Source of the DNA: Nitrospirota bacterium
Lineage (GTDB): Bacteria; Nitrospirota; UBA9217
Reading direction: 5' to 3'
Assembly (NCBI GenBank): GCA_963840455.1
Contig: CAWIYV010000011.1
Span: forward strand, 224,001-288,000
Length of the DNA stretch: 64,000 nt
A program made the translations under genes and the position numbers. The notes beneath the pieces were generated by a model. The model made no database searches. It was not told the DNA's origin and was given only the letters and a program-made list of their open reading frames with translations. This document shows positions 9,475-19,567 of this stretch, piece by piece (the stretch's first letter is position 1; every line of letters begins with the position of its first letter).

Positions 9475-10986
9475 TCAGACAGCGCCACGGCCGGCCCGGA
9501 GGGCCTTTTCGTGCATCCGGAAGACCTTGCGGAAATGGAACCCGTAGATGGAGAGGGTGATGGCGAGCGGGAAGAGCCGCGGCCGCCTGAAGAGCGACCA
9601 GAAGAAGAGCTTCCAGTACTGATAGCGCTCCCTGCCGATGATGCCGAGGCGCACCGCGGACTTGAAACCTGCAATGATGTAATTGAACCGGATCGGGCCT
9701 CGCCGCACCTGCGGCGGATGGTACTCCCGAAGGAACGTCCTGATGCGCGCATAATATTTCTTCGGCGAATAGATCGTGCCCAGGATCTTCCGGTAGCCGG
9801 CGATCAGCGCATCGGTGTTCATCTTGGGGATGAAATTGATGGAGAAGTCGGTGTTGTCCCCCGTCACGGAATTAAGGAGCCTGCCCTCCTCTTTCAGACG
9901 ATGATAGAGTTTGGTCCCCTTCGGCGCGTTCAGGAGCCCGACCATGGCCGTGGCGATCCCACTTTCCTGGATGAAGGCGATCAGGCGCTCAAAGATCGCG
10001 GCAGGGTCCTTGTCGAAACCCACGATGAATCCCGCCTGGACCTCCAGACCGGCGCGCTGGATCTTTTTCACGCTCTCAATCAGGTCGCGGTTCCGGTTCT
10101 GGAGCTTGCTGCATTCGGCGAGGCTCTCTTCGTTCGGCGACTCGATGCCCACAAAGACCTGGTCGAATCCCGCCTTGACCATGAGCTGCATCAGTTCCTC
10201 ATCATCGGCAAGATTGATGGACACCTCGGTGTAGAGCGCAAATGGGTGTTTCCGCTTCTCCATCCAGGCGATGATGGCCGGAAGCACTTCCTTCTTGAGC
10301 TTTCCCTTGTGGCCAATGAAGTTGTCATCAACGATGAAAACGCTGTTCCGCCAGCCCCGTGCGTAGAGAGCCTCGAGCTCGGCGATGACCTGGACCGCGG
10401 CCTTGGTCCGCGGCACGCGGCCGAAGAGCACGGTGATGTTGCAGAAGTCGCAGTCGAACGGACAGCCCCGCGAATACTGGATGTTCATGGAAGCGTACTT
10501 CTTCATGTTCAGCAGATCGAAGCGCGGAACCAACGTCGCGGAGAGGTCCGCCCAGCCGGACGCGGTATAGAGGCGCTTCGGCTGTCCCTTCGCAAGGTCC
10601 TGGAGGAACAGCGGCATCGTGAGCTCCGCTTCGTTCAGCACAAGATGGTCCACATGGCCGTAGTCCTCCGGATGCGCGGTGAACAGCGGGCCCCCGGCGA
10701 TCACCTTTACGCCGAGCGTTGTGCACTGGCTGATGATGGCATCCGCGGATGCGCGCTGGATGGACATGGCACTGATGAGAACATAGTCGGCCCATAGCAG
10801 GTCGGCATCCCTGAGCGGCTTGACGTTCAGGTCAACGAGGCGCTGTTCCCACTCAAGGGGAAGCATGGCGGCCACGGTAATGAGCCCCAGCGGTGGAAGG
10901 CTTGCCTTCTTGGAGATGAACTTGAGGGCGTACTTGAAACTCCAGAACGTTGTGGGGTATTGAGGATAGACGAGCAGGACCTTCAT
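9475..10986 (-). CDS. B12-binding radical SAM protein with DUF4070-like C-terminus
   Basis: PPLGLITVAA B12-binding start; SRGCPFDCDFC cluster motif; VDDNF, GIESP, GFIVGFD. Confidence 0.92.
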   Translation of the reverse strand: MKVLLVYPQYPTTFWSFKYALKFISKKASLPPLGLITVAAMLPLEWEQRLVDLNVKPLRDADLLWADYVLISAMSIQRASADAIISQCTTLGVKVIAGGPLFTAHPEDYGHVDHLVLNEAELTMPLFLQDLAKGQPKRLYTASGWADLSATLVPRFDLLNMKKYASMNIQYSRGCPFDCDFCNITVLFGRVPRTKAAVQVIAELEALYARGWRNSVFIVDDNFIGHKGKLKKEVLPAIIAWMEKRKHPFALYTEVSINLADDEELMQLMVKAGFDQVFVGIESPNEESLAECSKLQNRNRDLIESVKKIQRAGLEVQAGFIVGFDKDPAAIFERLIAFIQESGIATAMVGLLNAPKGTKLYHRLKEEGRLLNSVTGDNTDFSINFIPKMNTDALIAGYRKILGTIYSPKKYYARIRTFLREYHPPQVRRGPIRFNYIIAGFKSAVRLGIIGRERYQYWKLFFWSLFRRPRLFPLAITLSIYGFHFRKVFRMHEKALRAGRGAV

Positions 10987-11055
10987 GAGAGCTCCTTTGT
11001 TGTGCACGTACAGCGTGCGGTGGATGCCAGGGTATCCGGAGTACCGCCGGAGCCG

Positions 11056-11170
11056 TTAAAGCTCCCTGCAGCGAGCCGCAGGGAGCTTCGATCCTCAAGG
11101 AACTATCGTTATTCTAATCGCTCGCTAACCCCGCAGCACGCTACGGGGAATGCGTTCGCTCCTGGATTCA
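11056..11170 (+). mobile_element. ~115-bp two-hairpin element, copy 2
   Basis: TTAAAGCTCCCTGCAG...CTAATCGCTCGCTAACCCCGCAGC...CCTGGATTCA. Confidence 0.9.
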
Positions 11171-11298
11171 GCGGCCGGATACAACGAAAACTATTATCTC
11201 TCTTTCAGCATGGCGAATGCTATAGAGAATTTTCTCTTGAATAACAACAGACTGAGGGTCCCGCACCGACCCGTTGCCAATGGCCAGCACTGTATCCG

Positions 11299-11327
11299 GG
11301 AACTTTTTCAGCGTTGCCGATGTCTCA
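11299..11327 (+). promoter_or_regulatory. Possible ECF sigma promoter
   Basis: GGAACTT-N16-GTCTCA about 70 bp upstream of ATG 11395. Confidence 0.45.
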
Positions 11328-11394
11328 TCGATCAAGAGCCGGGAGAGGCGGGATCCTCACGCGGTTGACTCCAATTCAAGAAAGGAGAATCACC

Positions 11395-12204
11395 ATGCGG
11401 TATGCACTATCGGCAGTTCTGGCAGTGATCATGATGGCGGCAGGAGCGGCGTACCCCCACGGGGGCGATGGATTGAAGGGAGAGGTGAGCGTTGAGGTCG
11501 TCTCGGACCGGGGGATGACCCTGGTCACGGTCCCGCACAAGGACTTCTGGGAGAGAGGGACCCGTGTCATCAAGAAGTATCTGGAGGCGAAAAAAGGAGA
11601 GAAGTACGGCATCGTCATCCGGAACATGACGTCCGAGCGGATCGGCGTGGTCGTGGCCGTGGACGGCAGGAACATCATTTCCGGCAGGCGGTCAGACCTG
11701 AGAAGCACCGAGGACATGTACCTCGTGAACAGCAACGAGCAGGGCCGCTATGACGGGTGGAGGACCGACCAGGACACGGTGCACCGGTTCTACTTTACCG
11801 ATCCCGGTGACGCCTACAGCACGAGGACCTTCAACGACGCTTCTGCGCTGGGCGTGATCGCCGTGGCGGTCTACCGGGAGAGGGACCGGCCCCGGCCGCG
11901 GCAGGAGCTGAAGAAGCGGGACAGCGCGCCCGCGGCGCCGTCGATGGGGAGCGCAGAGCAGAGCAAGTCACTGGCAGCGAAGGACGAGGCCGCCGGCACG
12001 GGCTTCGGCGAGGGGCAGTACTCACCTGCTGTCAGGGTCGCCTTCGAACCCGAGCGCACGCCGGTCCAGAAGACCCTGGTCAAGTACGAATGGCGGGAGG
12101 TCCTGTGCAGGAAGGGCATCCTGAGCTGCGGACCGGAGATCGGGAACCGTCTGTGGGATGAAGGCGAGTACGCATCGTACCCGCCGGGATACCGGGAAAA
12201 CTGA
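11395..12204 (+). CDS. Exported conserved hypothetical protein
   Basis: AAGGAG RBS and signal peptide; GEKY.I.IRN...RIGVVVAVDGRNIISG, GWR....VHRFYF, GVIAVAVY, AGTGFG. Confidence 0.8.
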   Translation: MRYALSAVLAVIMMAAGAAYPHGGDGLKGEVSVEVVSDRGMTLVTVPHKDFWERGTRVIKKYLEAKKGEKYGIVIRNMTSERIGVVVAVDGRNIISGRRSDLRSTEDMYLVNSNEQGRYDGWRTDQDTVHRFYFTDPGDAYSTRTFNDASALGVIAVAVYRERDRPRPRQELKKRDSAPAAPSMGSAEQSKSLAAKDEAAGTGFGEGQYSPAVRVAFEPERTPVQKTLVKYEWREVLCRKGILSCGPEIGNRLWDEGEYASYPPGYREN

Positions 12205-12330
12205 AGGGGGATACAAGAGCCGGGCGCTGAGCGATGCAGCGGCCCGGCCTTATTGTTATGAACAGCTTCCGGACGCAGGGAGGTTGTCGGGTCCGCTCGG
12301 GGAAGGATCGTGGTTATTCCCGGGATAGGG

Positions 12331-13047
12331 TCACCGGGCATCGCCCGGCACGATGTCGGAGGTCAGCTGTTCCTCGATGAAGTTCCGCAGGAACTTCCGG
12401 TCCTCGTCCGTGATCTCGAGGAACTTCAGGCCCATCCCGGCTTCCCTCCTCACCCCGCCTTCCTGCGTGTGGCTGTAGAGCACGACGGCCGTCGCCTTGA
12501 TCTCACGGTCCTTGACGAATATCCTGACCGGTGTTATGGCGTCCTTCGGCCGGAGAACCGTGGTATTGAGGTAAAGCCCGCCTTCCGAGATCATCGTGGC
12601 CTGCGCGGCCCGATCGACATCGTCCACAACCGCTTTCAGGGACGTCCCCAGCCGGATATTCGAGCGCGGCATGCTCTCCGTAGCGGCCTGGATCTCCCGG
12701 TAGAGGCGGGCGGGCTCCACGGGCTTTGTCAGGAAGCTCGTACAGCCGAGATCAAGGCAGATCTTCCTGGCAGCCGCGTCCTTCTCGCCCGTCAGGACGA
12801 TAACGGGCACGTTCCTTGTGCGTTCCAAGCTTTTCAGCTTCTTGATAAAGTCGCTGCCGCTCATCATGGGGAACCGGAATCCGCTCAGAACACAGGAGGG
12901 GATGGTGTGTTCCAGGATCATCAGCGCTTCCTCAGGCGACGCTGCTGTCAGGATCGCGTACGTGAGCCGCGTCAGGAGCATCCCATGGTAGTAGCGAAGG
13001 GTCGTGCTCTTGTCCACGAGCATTATCGATCTGGTTGCTCTCTCCAT
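12331..13047 (-). CDS. Atypical receiver-PilZ protein
   Basis: REC fold with the phospho-Asp replaced (VLSGFRFP); RSNIR and ISEGG..GMGLKF PilZ motifs. Confidence 0.85.
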   Translation of the reverse strand: MERATRSIMLVDKSTTLRYYHGMLLTRLTYAILTAASPEEALMILEHTIPSCVLSGFRFPMMSGSDFIKKLKSLERTRNVPVIVLTGEKDAAARKICLDLGCTSFLTKPVEPARLYREIQAATESMPRSNIRLGTSLKAVVDDVDRAAQATMISEGGLYLNTTVLRPKDAITPVRIFVKDREIKATAVVLYSHTQEGGVRREAGMGLKFLEITDEDRKFLRNFIEEQLTSDIVPGDAR

Positions 13048-13126
13048 AGGTTCTACTCCTTTTCGCGCTGAGCTCCCAGGAGCGCACAGGTACCCCGTTC
13101 CCTTTATCATAAGGAATGCCGCTGTG

Positions 13127-14875
13127 CTACCGCAGCTTGATCTTTCCGCCGGCCGAGGACCCCGCTTCCTTGATCAGGCTGTTCAGCCGGTCCTGCAGTC
13201 CGTCGAGCTTGCCTCCCTGGCTGCCGAGCCCGCCCAGCCCCTCTTTCAGGCCGGCGAGCTTTACCTCCGTCTTCTCCTGCACGGCCTGCCTCAGTTCCTT
13301 CTCGAGCCGGTCGCGGTGTTCACGCACCACGCCGCCCGCGGCGTCCCGCATGACCCGATCGAGGTCCGAGGAGATGCGCACCCCGTAGTTCTCCGGCGTG
13401 CCCGTGACGTCGACCGTAAGCGAGAACGACGAGACCTTCGCCAGCGACGAGCGGATGGCGTTCGCGAACGCCCCGCCGGACCCGTCGCCGCCCGCGTTCA
13501 GCCGCACGCCCTTCACCAGGGCAACACACCGGGCCGATACCGTTTTCGCATCGCGCCTGCCCTTCACCTCCAGGTCCATCACGCCCTCCTGCAGACTGAC
13601 CGGAAGGGACGCGGCAGACGAAAGCACGAGGTTGCTCGCCCGGTAGCCGCGGACTGCGACCTCCATGGTGTCGTCGGGAAGGTCCGCCTTCCGGTGGTCC
13701 AGGGTGCCGGTGATGTCCGCGGCCTGGGCCTCCTTCAGCCCGCTGCCGGTGAAGGCGAAGGTGAGCGGCTTTCCGAGCACGTCCTGGTCGGGCGTGATGT
13801 TCCGGATGGTGCCCGTGAACGTGCCCGCCTCGGGCTGCAGCGAGGCCTTGATGGTGCTGATCAGGAAGTCGGGCAGCGGCCGCTCCTCCTTGAACCGCAC
13901 ATCGACTCCCTTCCCGCGCAGGGGCTTCGCTGTCTGCACGTTCCCCTTCTTCTCGCCCGAACGCTCGAACAGCGGCTTGAGCCTGCCGTACCAGAGCACG
14001 CCCTTGTCGATCCATCCGCGGACGGACCCGCCGAAGAGCGTCTGGCTCAGATTCGCGAGCCCTTCCGAGGAGATGCTGTACTTGTCCGCGATGCGCCGGA
14101 TGTCCTCCACCGGGGACCGCTCCGCCTTCTCGACGAGCGCCTTCGCGGCAGCGAGGTCCGTGCCGAACGCGGCTTTCGCCTTTTTCACAGTGTCCAGATC
14201 GCGGTTCAGGTCCTTGGTGAGCGCCAGCGCGTTGGCACCAGCGCTCGTCAGCCCCTTGATGCCGCCCTTCTGCGCCTCTTTCAATTTCTTGATACGCTCC
14301 TGATAAGCGTCAAGCGCGGTCTTGTCCGGAAGGGACGCCATCTGCTTCTGCCAGGCGTCGCTCTTCTTCTTGAGGTCCGCCTGCGCCTGCTCGATAAGCG
14401 CAGGAGACTCGAGCTTCTCCTCCTGCAGGACCTTCTTCACGTCCGGCATAGTGAAGGACGGCAGGGCGGATTCCTTCTTCTTTTCCTCCTGCGGCTTCGG
14501 CGGCGGCACCACGACCTTGCCCGGCCGCTTGCGTGCCGTGCCGAAACGCACGCCCTCGGCCGCCATCTCGTCAATGATCACCTTACGCCGAAACAGGTTC
14601 AGGCTGTCGAGCCGGAAGGCGATGCGCAAGACCTCGATGCTGTTGGTCGACGGCGCCGAAGGGTCCGTCACCTGCAGCCCCGACAGTGTGACGCCGAGCG
14701 GGACGAGCGTCACCTGTGCACGGGCGAGGTCCACCTCCGCTCCCATGAGCGCGGTGCCCGCCTTCTCGACGGCACGCCGGACGAGCGTGTCCATGAGCAG
14801 GAACCACAGCGCGACGGTAACGACAACGAAGATAGTGAAGCCGATCAGCCCCGGCCAGCGTATCCAGCGCTTCAT
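13127..14875 (-). CDS. TIGR03545 family protein
   Basis: Starts MKRWIRWPGL with an N-terminal TM; coupled to the upstream TIGR03546-like gene by an ATGA overlap. Confidence 0.8.
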   Translation of the reverse strand: MKRWIRWPGLIGFTIFVVVTVALWFLLMDTLVRRAVEKAGTALMGAEVDLARAQVTLVPLGVTLSGLQVTDPSAPSTNSIEVLRIAFRLDSLNLFRRKVIIDEMAAEGVRFGTARKRPGKVVVPPPKPQEEKKKESALPSFTMPDVKKVLQEEKLESPALIEQAQADLKKKSDAWQKQMASLPDKTALDAYQERIKKLKEAQKGGIKGLTSAGANALALTKDLNRDLDTVKKAKAAFGTDLAAAKALVEKAERSPVEDIRRIADKYSISSEGLANLSQTLFGGSVRGWIDKGVLWYGRLKPLFERSGEKKGNVQTAKPLRGKGVDVRFKEERPLPDFLISTIKASLQPEAGTFTGTIRNITPDQDVLGKPLTFAFTGSGLKEAQAADITGTLDHRKADLPDDTMEVAVRGYRASNLVLSSAASLPVSLQEGVMDLEVKGRRDAKTVSARCVALVKGVRLNAGGDGSGGAFANAIRSSLAKVSSFSLTVDVTGTPENYGVRISSDLDRVMRDAAGGVVREHRDRLEKELRQAVQEKTEVKLAGLKEGLGGLGSQGGKLDGLQDRLNSLIKEAGSSAGGKIKLR

Positions 14876-15399
14876 GCCTGGCCTCCCCACCCCCATCCGG
14901 AGACCTTGGAATAGATGTCGTAGAACTTGCTCAACCTGATGGCCTGCATCAGGCGCGTCTTCCTGACCCACGCCACCACATGCTCCCGGTAGCGCCGGAT
15001 CAGCGCGTTCGACAGGAACACGAGGGGAACAAAGCACAGGACACCGAAGACCAGACCACCCATCACCACGGAGTTGTTGAACCGCTGGATCCGCCAGATC
15101 GTCGAGTTGTACAGCGCCGTCCAGAGGCCTTCGAGCGGCGCCGCGGTCAAAAGTGCGAGCCCGATGCGGTGGAGCAGCGGGTCGAGCAGATAGGCGATGC
15201 CGGTGAAGAAGGCCGTTCCCAGAAAGTAGGCGGAGAGGTTGACTCTCAGAATGAATACGATGAACAGGACCAGCAGGCTCAAGGGGGAAATGAAAGGCAG
15301 GAGGCCCGAGACCAGGGCGAACCCGAGCGCCAGGCTGATCTGTGAGGGATCGGCATCGGAATTCAGGATCTTCAGCAGGTTCGCGATCATCTTGATCAT
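14872..15399 (-). CDS. TIGR03546 family membrane protein
   Basis: LNS..DP.QISLA; DPLLH.IG..LL; W..LYN....R...FNNSVVMG. Confidence 0.85.
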   Translation of the reverse strand: MIKMIANLLKILNSDADPSQISLALGFALVSGLLPFISPLSLLVLFIVFILRVNLSAYFLGTAFFTGIAYLLDPLLHRIGLALLTAAPLEGLWTALYNSTIWRIQRFNNSVVMGGLVFGVLCFVPLVFLSNALIRRYREHVVAWVRKTRLMQAIRLSKFYDIYSKVSGWGWGGQA

Positions 15400-15595
15400 G
15401 GCCGTCCTCCTCGCAGGGACCTCGGTGCGGTCCCGGCATAGATAGTAGTCTATCAGACCATCCCCATTGTGTCAAAGCCCGGGGTTACGCACGGAATGAA
15501 CGCGTTCATTCCCGGGAGTGCACGCTATTGGCTTTGCCGGCCGAAACCTCTATAATGCGCCATTCGCGATGCGATCCGGCAAGCAGGAGGATGAT

Positions 15596-16702
15596 ATGAA
15601 CGAAGGGGCCAAGGTTATCGGGAAAAGCGCTGATGCCGTTCGGGAGATACGGATCAATCCCATCGTACCGAGCCAGTCCGTGCTTGTGGCCACGGCACGG
15701 AGCATGCGGCCCAAGAAGGAAGAGCCGCCCGCGCCCCACGACGCACGGCCGCACGTGGATGCCTGCCCCTTCTGCCGCGGGAACGAGATGAGGACGCCGC
15801 CGCCGATCGCCCAGGTCCCCGCGAACGACGACTGGCAGCTCCGCATCGTTGAAAACCTCTACCCCGTGCTTGGGGATGACCGGGAGAACCCGCATTTCGC
15901 CTTCGGCCTGCAGCAGACCATCGACGGCTACGGGCGGCACGAAGTGATCATCGACCACTCCTCCCACGGTATCAGGGTCCATGAGATGAGCGAGGAGCAT
16001 CTTGTCCTTCTGCTGTCAACGTACCGCGGGAGGATGGAGACGCTCTATCATTCCAACGACCGGTTGAAATACGTGCTCGTGTTCAAGAATTTCGGCCCCG
16101 CAGCGGGCGCGAGCATCGGCCACACCCACAGCCAGATCATCGCCATGCCCGTGGTACCGGACAACGTTCAGGCAGAGGTCAGGAACAGCTCCGCCTACTA
16201 TCAGGCCTCGCACCGCTGCATCTTCTGCAGCCTGATCGATGAGGCACTCACCTTCGAAGCGACGCTCTATGACCGGGGATCGGGCGAGGTGCGGCGAACG
16301 ATCAGCGTCGGTCAGTTCGTGATCGAGCGAAGCGAACGGTTCGTCGCCATCAAGCCCTTTGCCAGCCGCTATGAGTGGGAGGTCCATATCCTGCCGCTCG
16401 CACATGGCGCTGACTTCCTCGATGCGAACCCCGAGGACCTCGTTGACCTGGCCCGGATATTCCGGAGGACCATGGCGCGGCTGAATGACGTGCTTGGCGG
16501 CGTCCAGTACAATTTCTTCCTTCACTCCCTGCCCCACGGCAGAGAGTACGCGGGGTGCGCGCCATCCTATCACTGGCACATCGAGATCTGCCCGCGGACC
16601 AGCATCCCGACGGGCTTCGAGCTTGGGTCCGGCCTGTTCGTGAACACCATTTGCCCCGAGGACGCTGCCGAGCGGCTCCGGCACGTGGTACTGCGCGGAT
16701 GA
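15596..16702 (+). CDS. galT: Galactose-1-phosphate uridylyltransferase family protein
   Basis: CPFC.GNE, ENLYP, G.HEVII, FKNFG..AGASIGHTHSQ, YHWHIEI.PR, GFELGSG. Confidence 0.9.
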   Translation: MNEGAKVIGKSADAVREIRINPIVPSQSVLVATARSMRPKKEEPPAPHDARPHVDACPFCRGNEMRTPPPIAQVPANDDWQLRIVENLYPVLGDDRENPHFAFGLQQTIDGYGRHEVIIDHSSHGIRVHEMSEEHLVLLLSTYRGRMETLYHSNDRLKYVLVFKNFGPAAGASIGHTHSQIIAMPVVPDNVQAEVRNSSAYYQASHRCIFCSLIDEALTFEATLYDRGSGEVRRTISVGQFVIERSERFVAIKPFASRYEWEVHILPLAHGADFLDANPEDLVDLARIFRRTMARLNDVLGGVQYNFFLHSLPHGREYAGCAPSYHWHIEICPRTSIPTGFELGSGLFVNTICPEDAAERLRHVVLRG

Positions 16703-16763
16703 ATTAACGGATGTATCACACGTTCTCAACGCGGACAGGGAACGGGTAAAGCAGGAGGGAGGC

Positions 16764-16800
16764 AAAAAAAAAGCAGGCCCCGGAAAACCGGGACCTGCTG
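16764..16800 (-). terminator. Intrinsic terminator downstream of the cold-shock gene
   Basis: GCAGGTCCCGG-TTTT-CCGGGGCCTGC followed by a T run on the minus strand. Confidence 0.8.
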
Positions 16801-16912
16801 AATTCAGGAGCGAGCGCAATCCCCGCTGCTTGCCGAGGGATTAGCGAGCGATTAGAATACGATAGTTCCCTGAGAATCGAAGCTCCCTGCAGCTTGCTGC
16901 AGGGAGCTTCAA
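16799..16912 (-). mobile_element. ~115-bp two-hairpin element, copy 3
   Basis: Reverse-complement match to the consensus; lies between the csp stop and its terminator. Confidence 0.9.
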
Positions 16913-16928
16913 TGGACTGGTCGAAAGA

Positions 16929-17129
16929 TCAGATCTTTACGACATTGGCTGCCTTGGGGCCCTTGGGCGATTCGACGATGTCGAACTGCACCTGCTGGCC
17001 CTCGGCGAGCGACTTGAAGCCGCTGTCCTGAATGTCGCCGAAATGAACGAACACGTCAGCGCCACCTTCACGGGAAATGAAGCCAAAACCCTTGGCATCA
17101 TTGAACCACTTCACGGTTCCGGTTATCAT
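16929..17129 (-). CDS. Cold-shock protein (CspA family)
   Basis: GTVKWFN..KGFGFI; DVFVHF. Confidence 0.97.
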   Translation of the reverse strand: MITGTVKWFNDAKGFGFISREGGADVFVHFGDIQDSGFKSLAEGQQVQFDIVESPKGPKAANVVKI

Positions 17130-17179
17130 GGTGAGCTACCTCCTTCTGTGAAATTGAAGATGACGGAGCGTTGTACAAC

Positions 17180-17276
17180 AAAAAACCGCAAGGACGAAAA
17201 GTCATTGCGGTTTTCCCAACAAATAACTTCCGAAACTTCTGTACTAAATAATGCCACTCTTAGGCAAGGAAGTCAA
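17180..17276 (-). promoter_or_regulatory. csp promoter and leader terminator-like hairpin
   Basis: TTGACT-17-CATTAT (17276-17248); CCGCAA..TTGCGG plus T6 (17210-17180). Confidence 0.55.
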
Positions 17277-17359
17277 GCCTTATTTCCCTCATGCATATCT
17301 CCGCCTGCGCTATCCAAGCCCCTGTTGCTCCCCCTCACATTGATCCGCTTCTTACCCTA

Positions 17360-18359
17360 TTACGCCTGCCCCGCCGAGCCCAGCACTTCCTTGTTCTTGT
17401 GAACGATCATCTTGATGAGCTCGTCGCGGGCCGGGCCGAGGTACTTCCGCGGATCGAACTCGGCAGGCTTCTCGGCCAGGGTCTTGCGGATCATGGCAGT
17501 CATGGCCAGCCGGCCGTCGCTGTCGATGTTCACCTTGCAAACAGCGCTCGTGGCGGCCCTGCGGAGCTGCTCTTCGGGGATGCCCACGGCGTCCTTCAGC
17601 TTGCCGCCGTTCGTGTTGATGATCTGCACGTAGTCGGGGATCACCGACGACGCTCCGTGGAGCACGATGGGAAATCCCGGGATGCGCTTCTCGATCTCCT
17701 CGAGAATGTCGAACCGGAGCGGCGGCGGGACGAGCACGCCGCGGCTGTCGCGGGTGCACTGCTCCGGCTTGAACTTCATTGCCCCGTGGGAGGTGCCGAT
17801 CGATATGGCCAGGGAGTCCACCCCGGTCTTCTTCACGAAGTCCTCGACCTGCTCGGGCTTGGTGTACGTGGACTTGTCCGCGACCACCGCGTCCTCAATG
17901 CCGGCCAGCACGCCGAGCTCGCCTTCAACGGTCACGTCGAACTTACGGGCGTATTGCACCACCTTTTTGGTAAGCTTGACGTTGTCCTCGATAGGAGTGG
18001 TGCGAGCCGTCGATCATGACCGACGAGAAGCCGGAATCAATGCAGGACTTGCAGAGCTCGAAGGTGTCGCCGTGATCCAGGTGCAGGGCGAACTTCACCG
18101 GCGATTTCGCGTCCTTGATCATGGCCACCGCGCCCATTGCCAGGAAGCGGAGAAGCGTCTGGTTGGCATATTTTCGCGCACCGCTCGAGACCTGCAGGAT
18201 AAAGGGCGACTTCGATTCAACGCACCCCATCACGATGGCCTGCAACTGCTCCATGTTGTTGAAGTTGTAAGCGGGGATGGCATACTTCCCCTCCATGGCC
18301 TTCTTGAACATCCTGCGGGTGTTCACCAGACCGATGTCCTTCCACGAGACCTTCTTCAT
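17360..18359 (-). pseudogene. fba: Class II fructose-bisphosphate aldolase, +1 frameshift near 17990 (possibly an assembly error)
   Basis: PAYNFNN, ALHLDHG and VMIDGSH in one frame; EGELG, IGTSHGA, VLHGAS and DPRKYL in the next. Removing one base gives HSYEDNVKLTKKVV. Confidence 0.9.
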
Positions 18360-18465
18360 GATGCGCTCCTTCTGCTGACAAAGATGGATGTGACCATGTA
18401 AAACGCCACAATCATACCACGGCGCCGTGATGGACTGCAAGGGCCGTTCATGTCCCCCGAAAGCT

Positions 18466-18810
18466 TCATTTCTTAGGTGCGCACATCGGCAGCTTCGGGC
18501 ATTGCACCGGGCTTCCCGATCCCTTCGGGCAGGCGCCATTCACAGGTTCCCCGCAATTGGAAGGACCAAAATCCTTCGCGTCCTGCGACAGGAAGCAGCA
18601 TCTGACCGGCGCCTCAACGTGGACTACACAACACTCCTGCTTCTCCCCGCAGTCCTCGAAATCACCCGCCTCAGCCCGCTCATTCCCAACGCAGGTGTCC
18701 CGGCATTTCCCGCTCATCATGGAGCAGGACTCCGAAGCAAGAACGGCAGATGGAACGGCCAGCGCCAGAACGACGAGGCACGGCATAGCGAACTTTCGGA
18801 TGCGCTGCAT
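18466..18810 (-). CDS. Secreted cysteine-rich protein (12 Cys in the mature part)
   Basis: GGAGG RBS; signal peptide ending AVLA; two six-Cys modules. Confidence 0.75.
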   Translation of the reverse strand: MQRIRKFAMPCLVVLALAVPSAVLASESCSMMSGKCRDTCVGNERAEAGDFEDCGEKQECCVVHVEAPVRCCFLSQDAKDFGPSNCGEPVNGACPKGSGSPVQCPKLPMCAPKK

Positions 18811-18847
18811 AAGGCTCCTCCCTCCCCCTGCGGTCGGCCGTACCGCG

Positions 18848-19027
18848 TTACTCGATATGGAAGGTCGCCACTTCCTTGATCCCGGGGGTATACTGCCCCA
18901 CGGGAACCAGTTTCTTGTTGTCCTTCACGCAATCGATGATGATATTCCAGAGCTGGTTCAGTTCCTTTTTCTCCCGGTCGTTCTCCGGGATCATTTTCAA
19001 CAGCTTGCCTTCGAGCTCGATCTTCAT
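18848..19027 (-). CDS. Small hypothetical protein
   Basis: GGAGG RBS; MKIELEG..LW.IIIDC....KKLVPVG.Y.P. Confidence 0.7.
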   Translation of the reverse strand: MKIELEGKLLKMIPENDREKKELNQLWNIIIDCVKDNKKLVPVGQYTPGIKEVATFHIE

Positions 19028-19198
19028 CGCCACCTCCGGTTCAGGTTTATTGGACTCTGAAGAACAGTGTACCAGATTTACCGGGATTTTTCAAAACGTT
19101 CATGCCTCCGTGTCATACTTCCGCAAAGCCTCCCGGGGGAATAAAAAAGGCGGAACAGTTTGACCTGTCCCGCCGTTTCATGTTTTCCAGGTACTTCG

Positions 19199-19567
19199 CT
19201 ACTGCTTGCCCGCACCCTTGTCAGCCTTCTTCTCCCGCGTCTCGTTCTTCCGCTTCCGGCCGGCCAGGTAGGCTTCGATGGGCCGCCATCCGAAGGAAAC
19301 GCTGCCTGCTGCCGCCGATACCACGCCCTCGGCGAGCTTCCTGCCGACCAGCCCCAGGGTCATCGCAATCCCGATGAAGGGGAGGAACACCGCGAAGATC
19401 AGCCCGATCACCGGGCCGGCCGCAAGGGCCGCTGCCGCAGGAGCCTTGATGTACATCTCGTTCCCCTTTCCCGGAAGAACGCCTTCCTGGTCCATGTCCA
19501 CCCGGTTGCCGTCCGCCAGATTCCAGTAGGTCCCTGCTGCCACTGTATGTCCGCCCTTGTTCAACAT
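19199..19567 (-). CDS. Hypothetical membrane protein
   Basis: GGAGG RBS; GG..V..GTYW, P..GL.F..FLPFIG, FGWRP.EAYL.G. Confidence 0.8.
   Translation of the reverse strand: MLNKGGHTVAAGTYWNLADGNRVDMDQEGVLPGKGNEMYIKAPAAAALAAGPVIGLIFAVFLPFIGIAMTLGLVGRKLAEGVVSAAAGSVSFGWRPIEAYLAGRKRKNETREKKADKGAGKQ

Noticed and set aside
13127-15475. 782-aa single ORF
   Set aside because: The N-terminal extension overlaps the TIGR03546 gene in another frame; the real start is 14875.
17943-18000. Programmed frameshift in fba
   Set aside because: No slippery sequence or stimulator at the break; a single extra base explains it.
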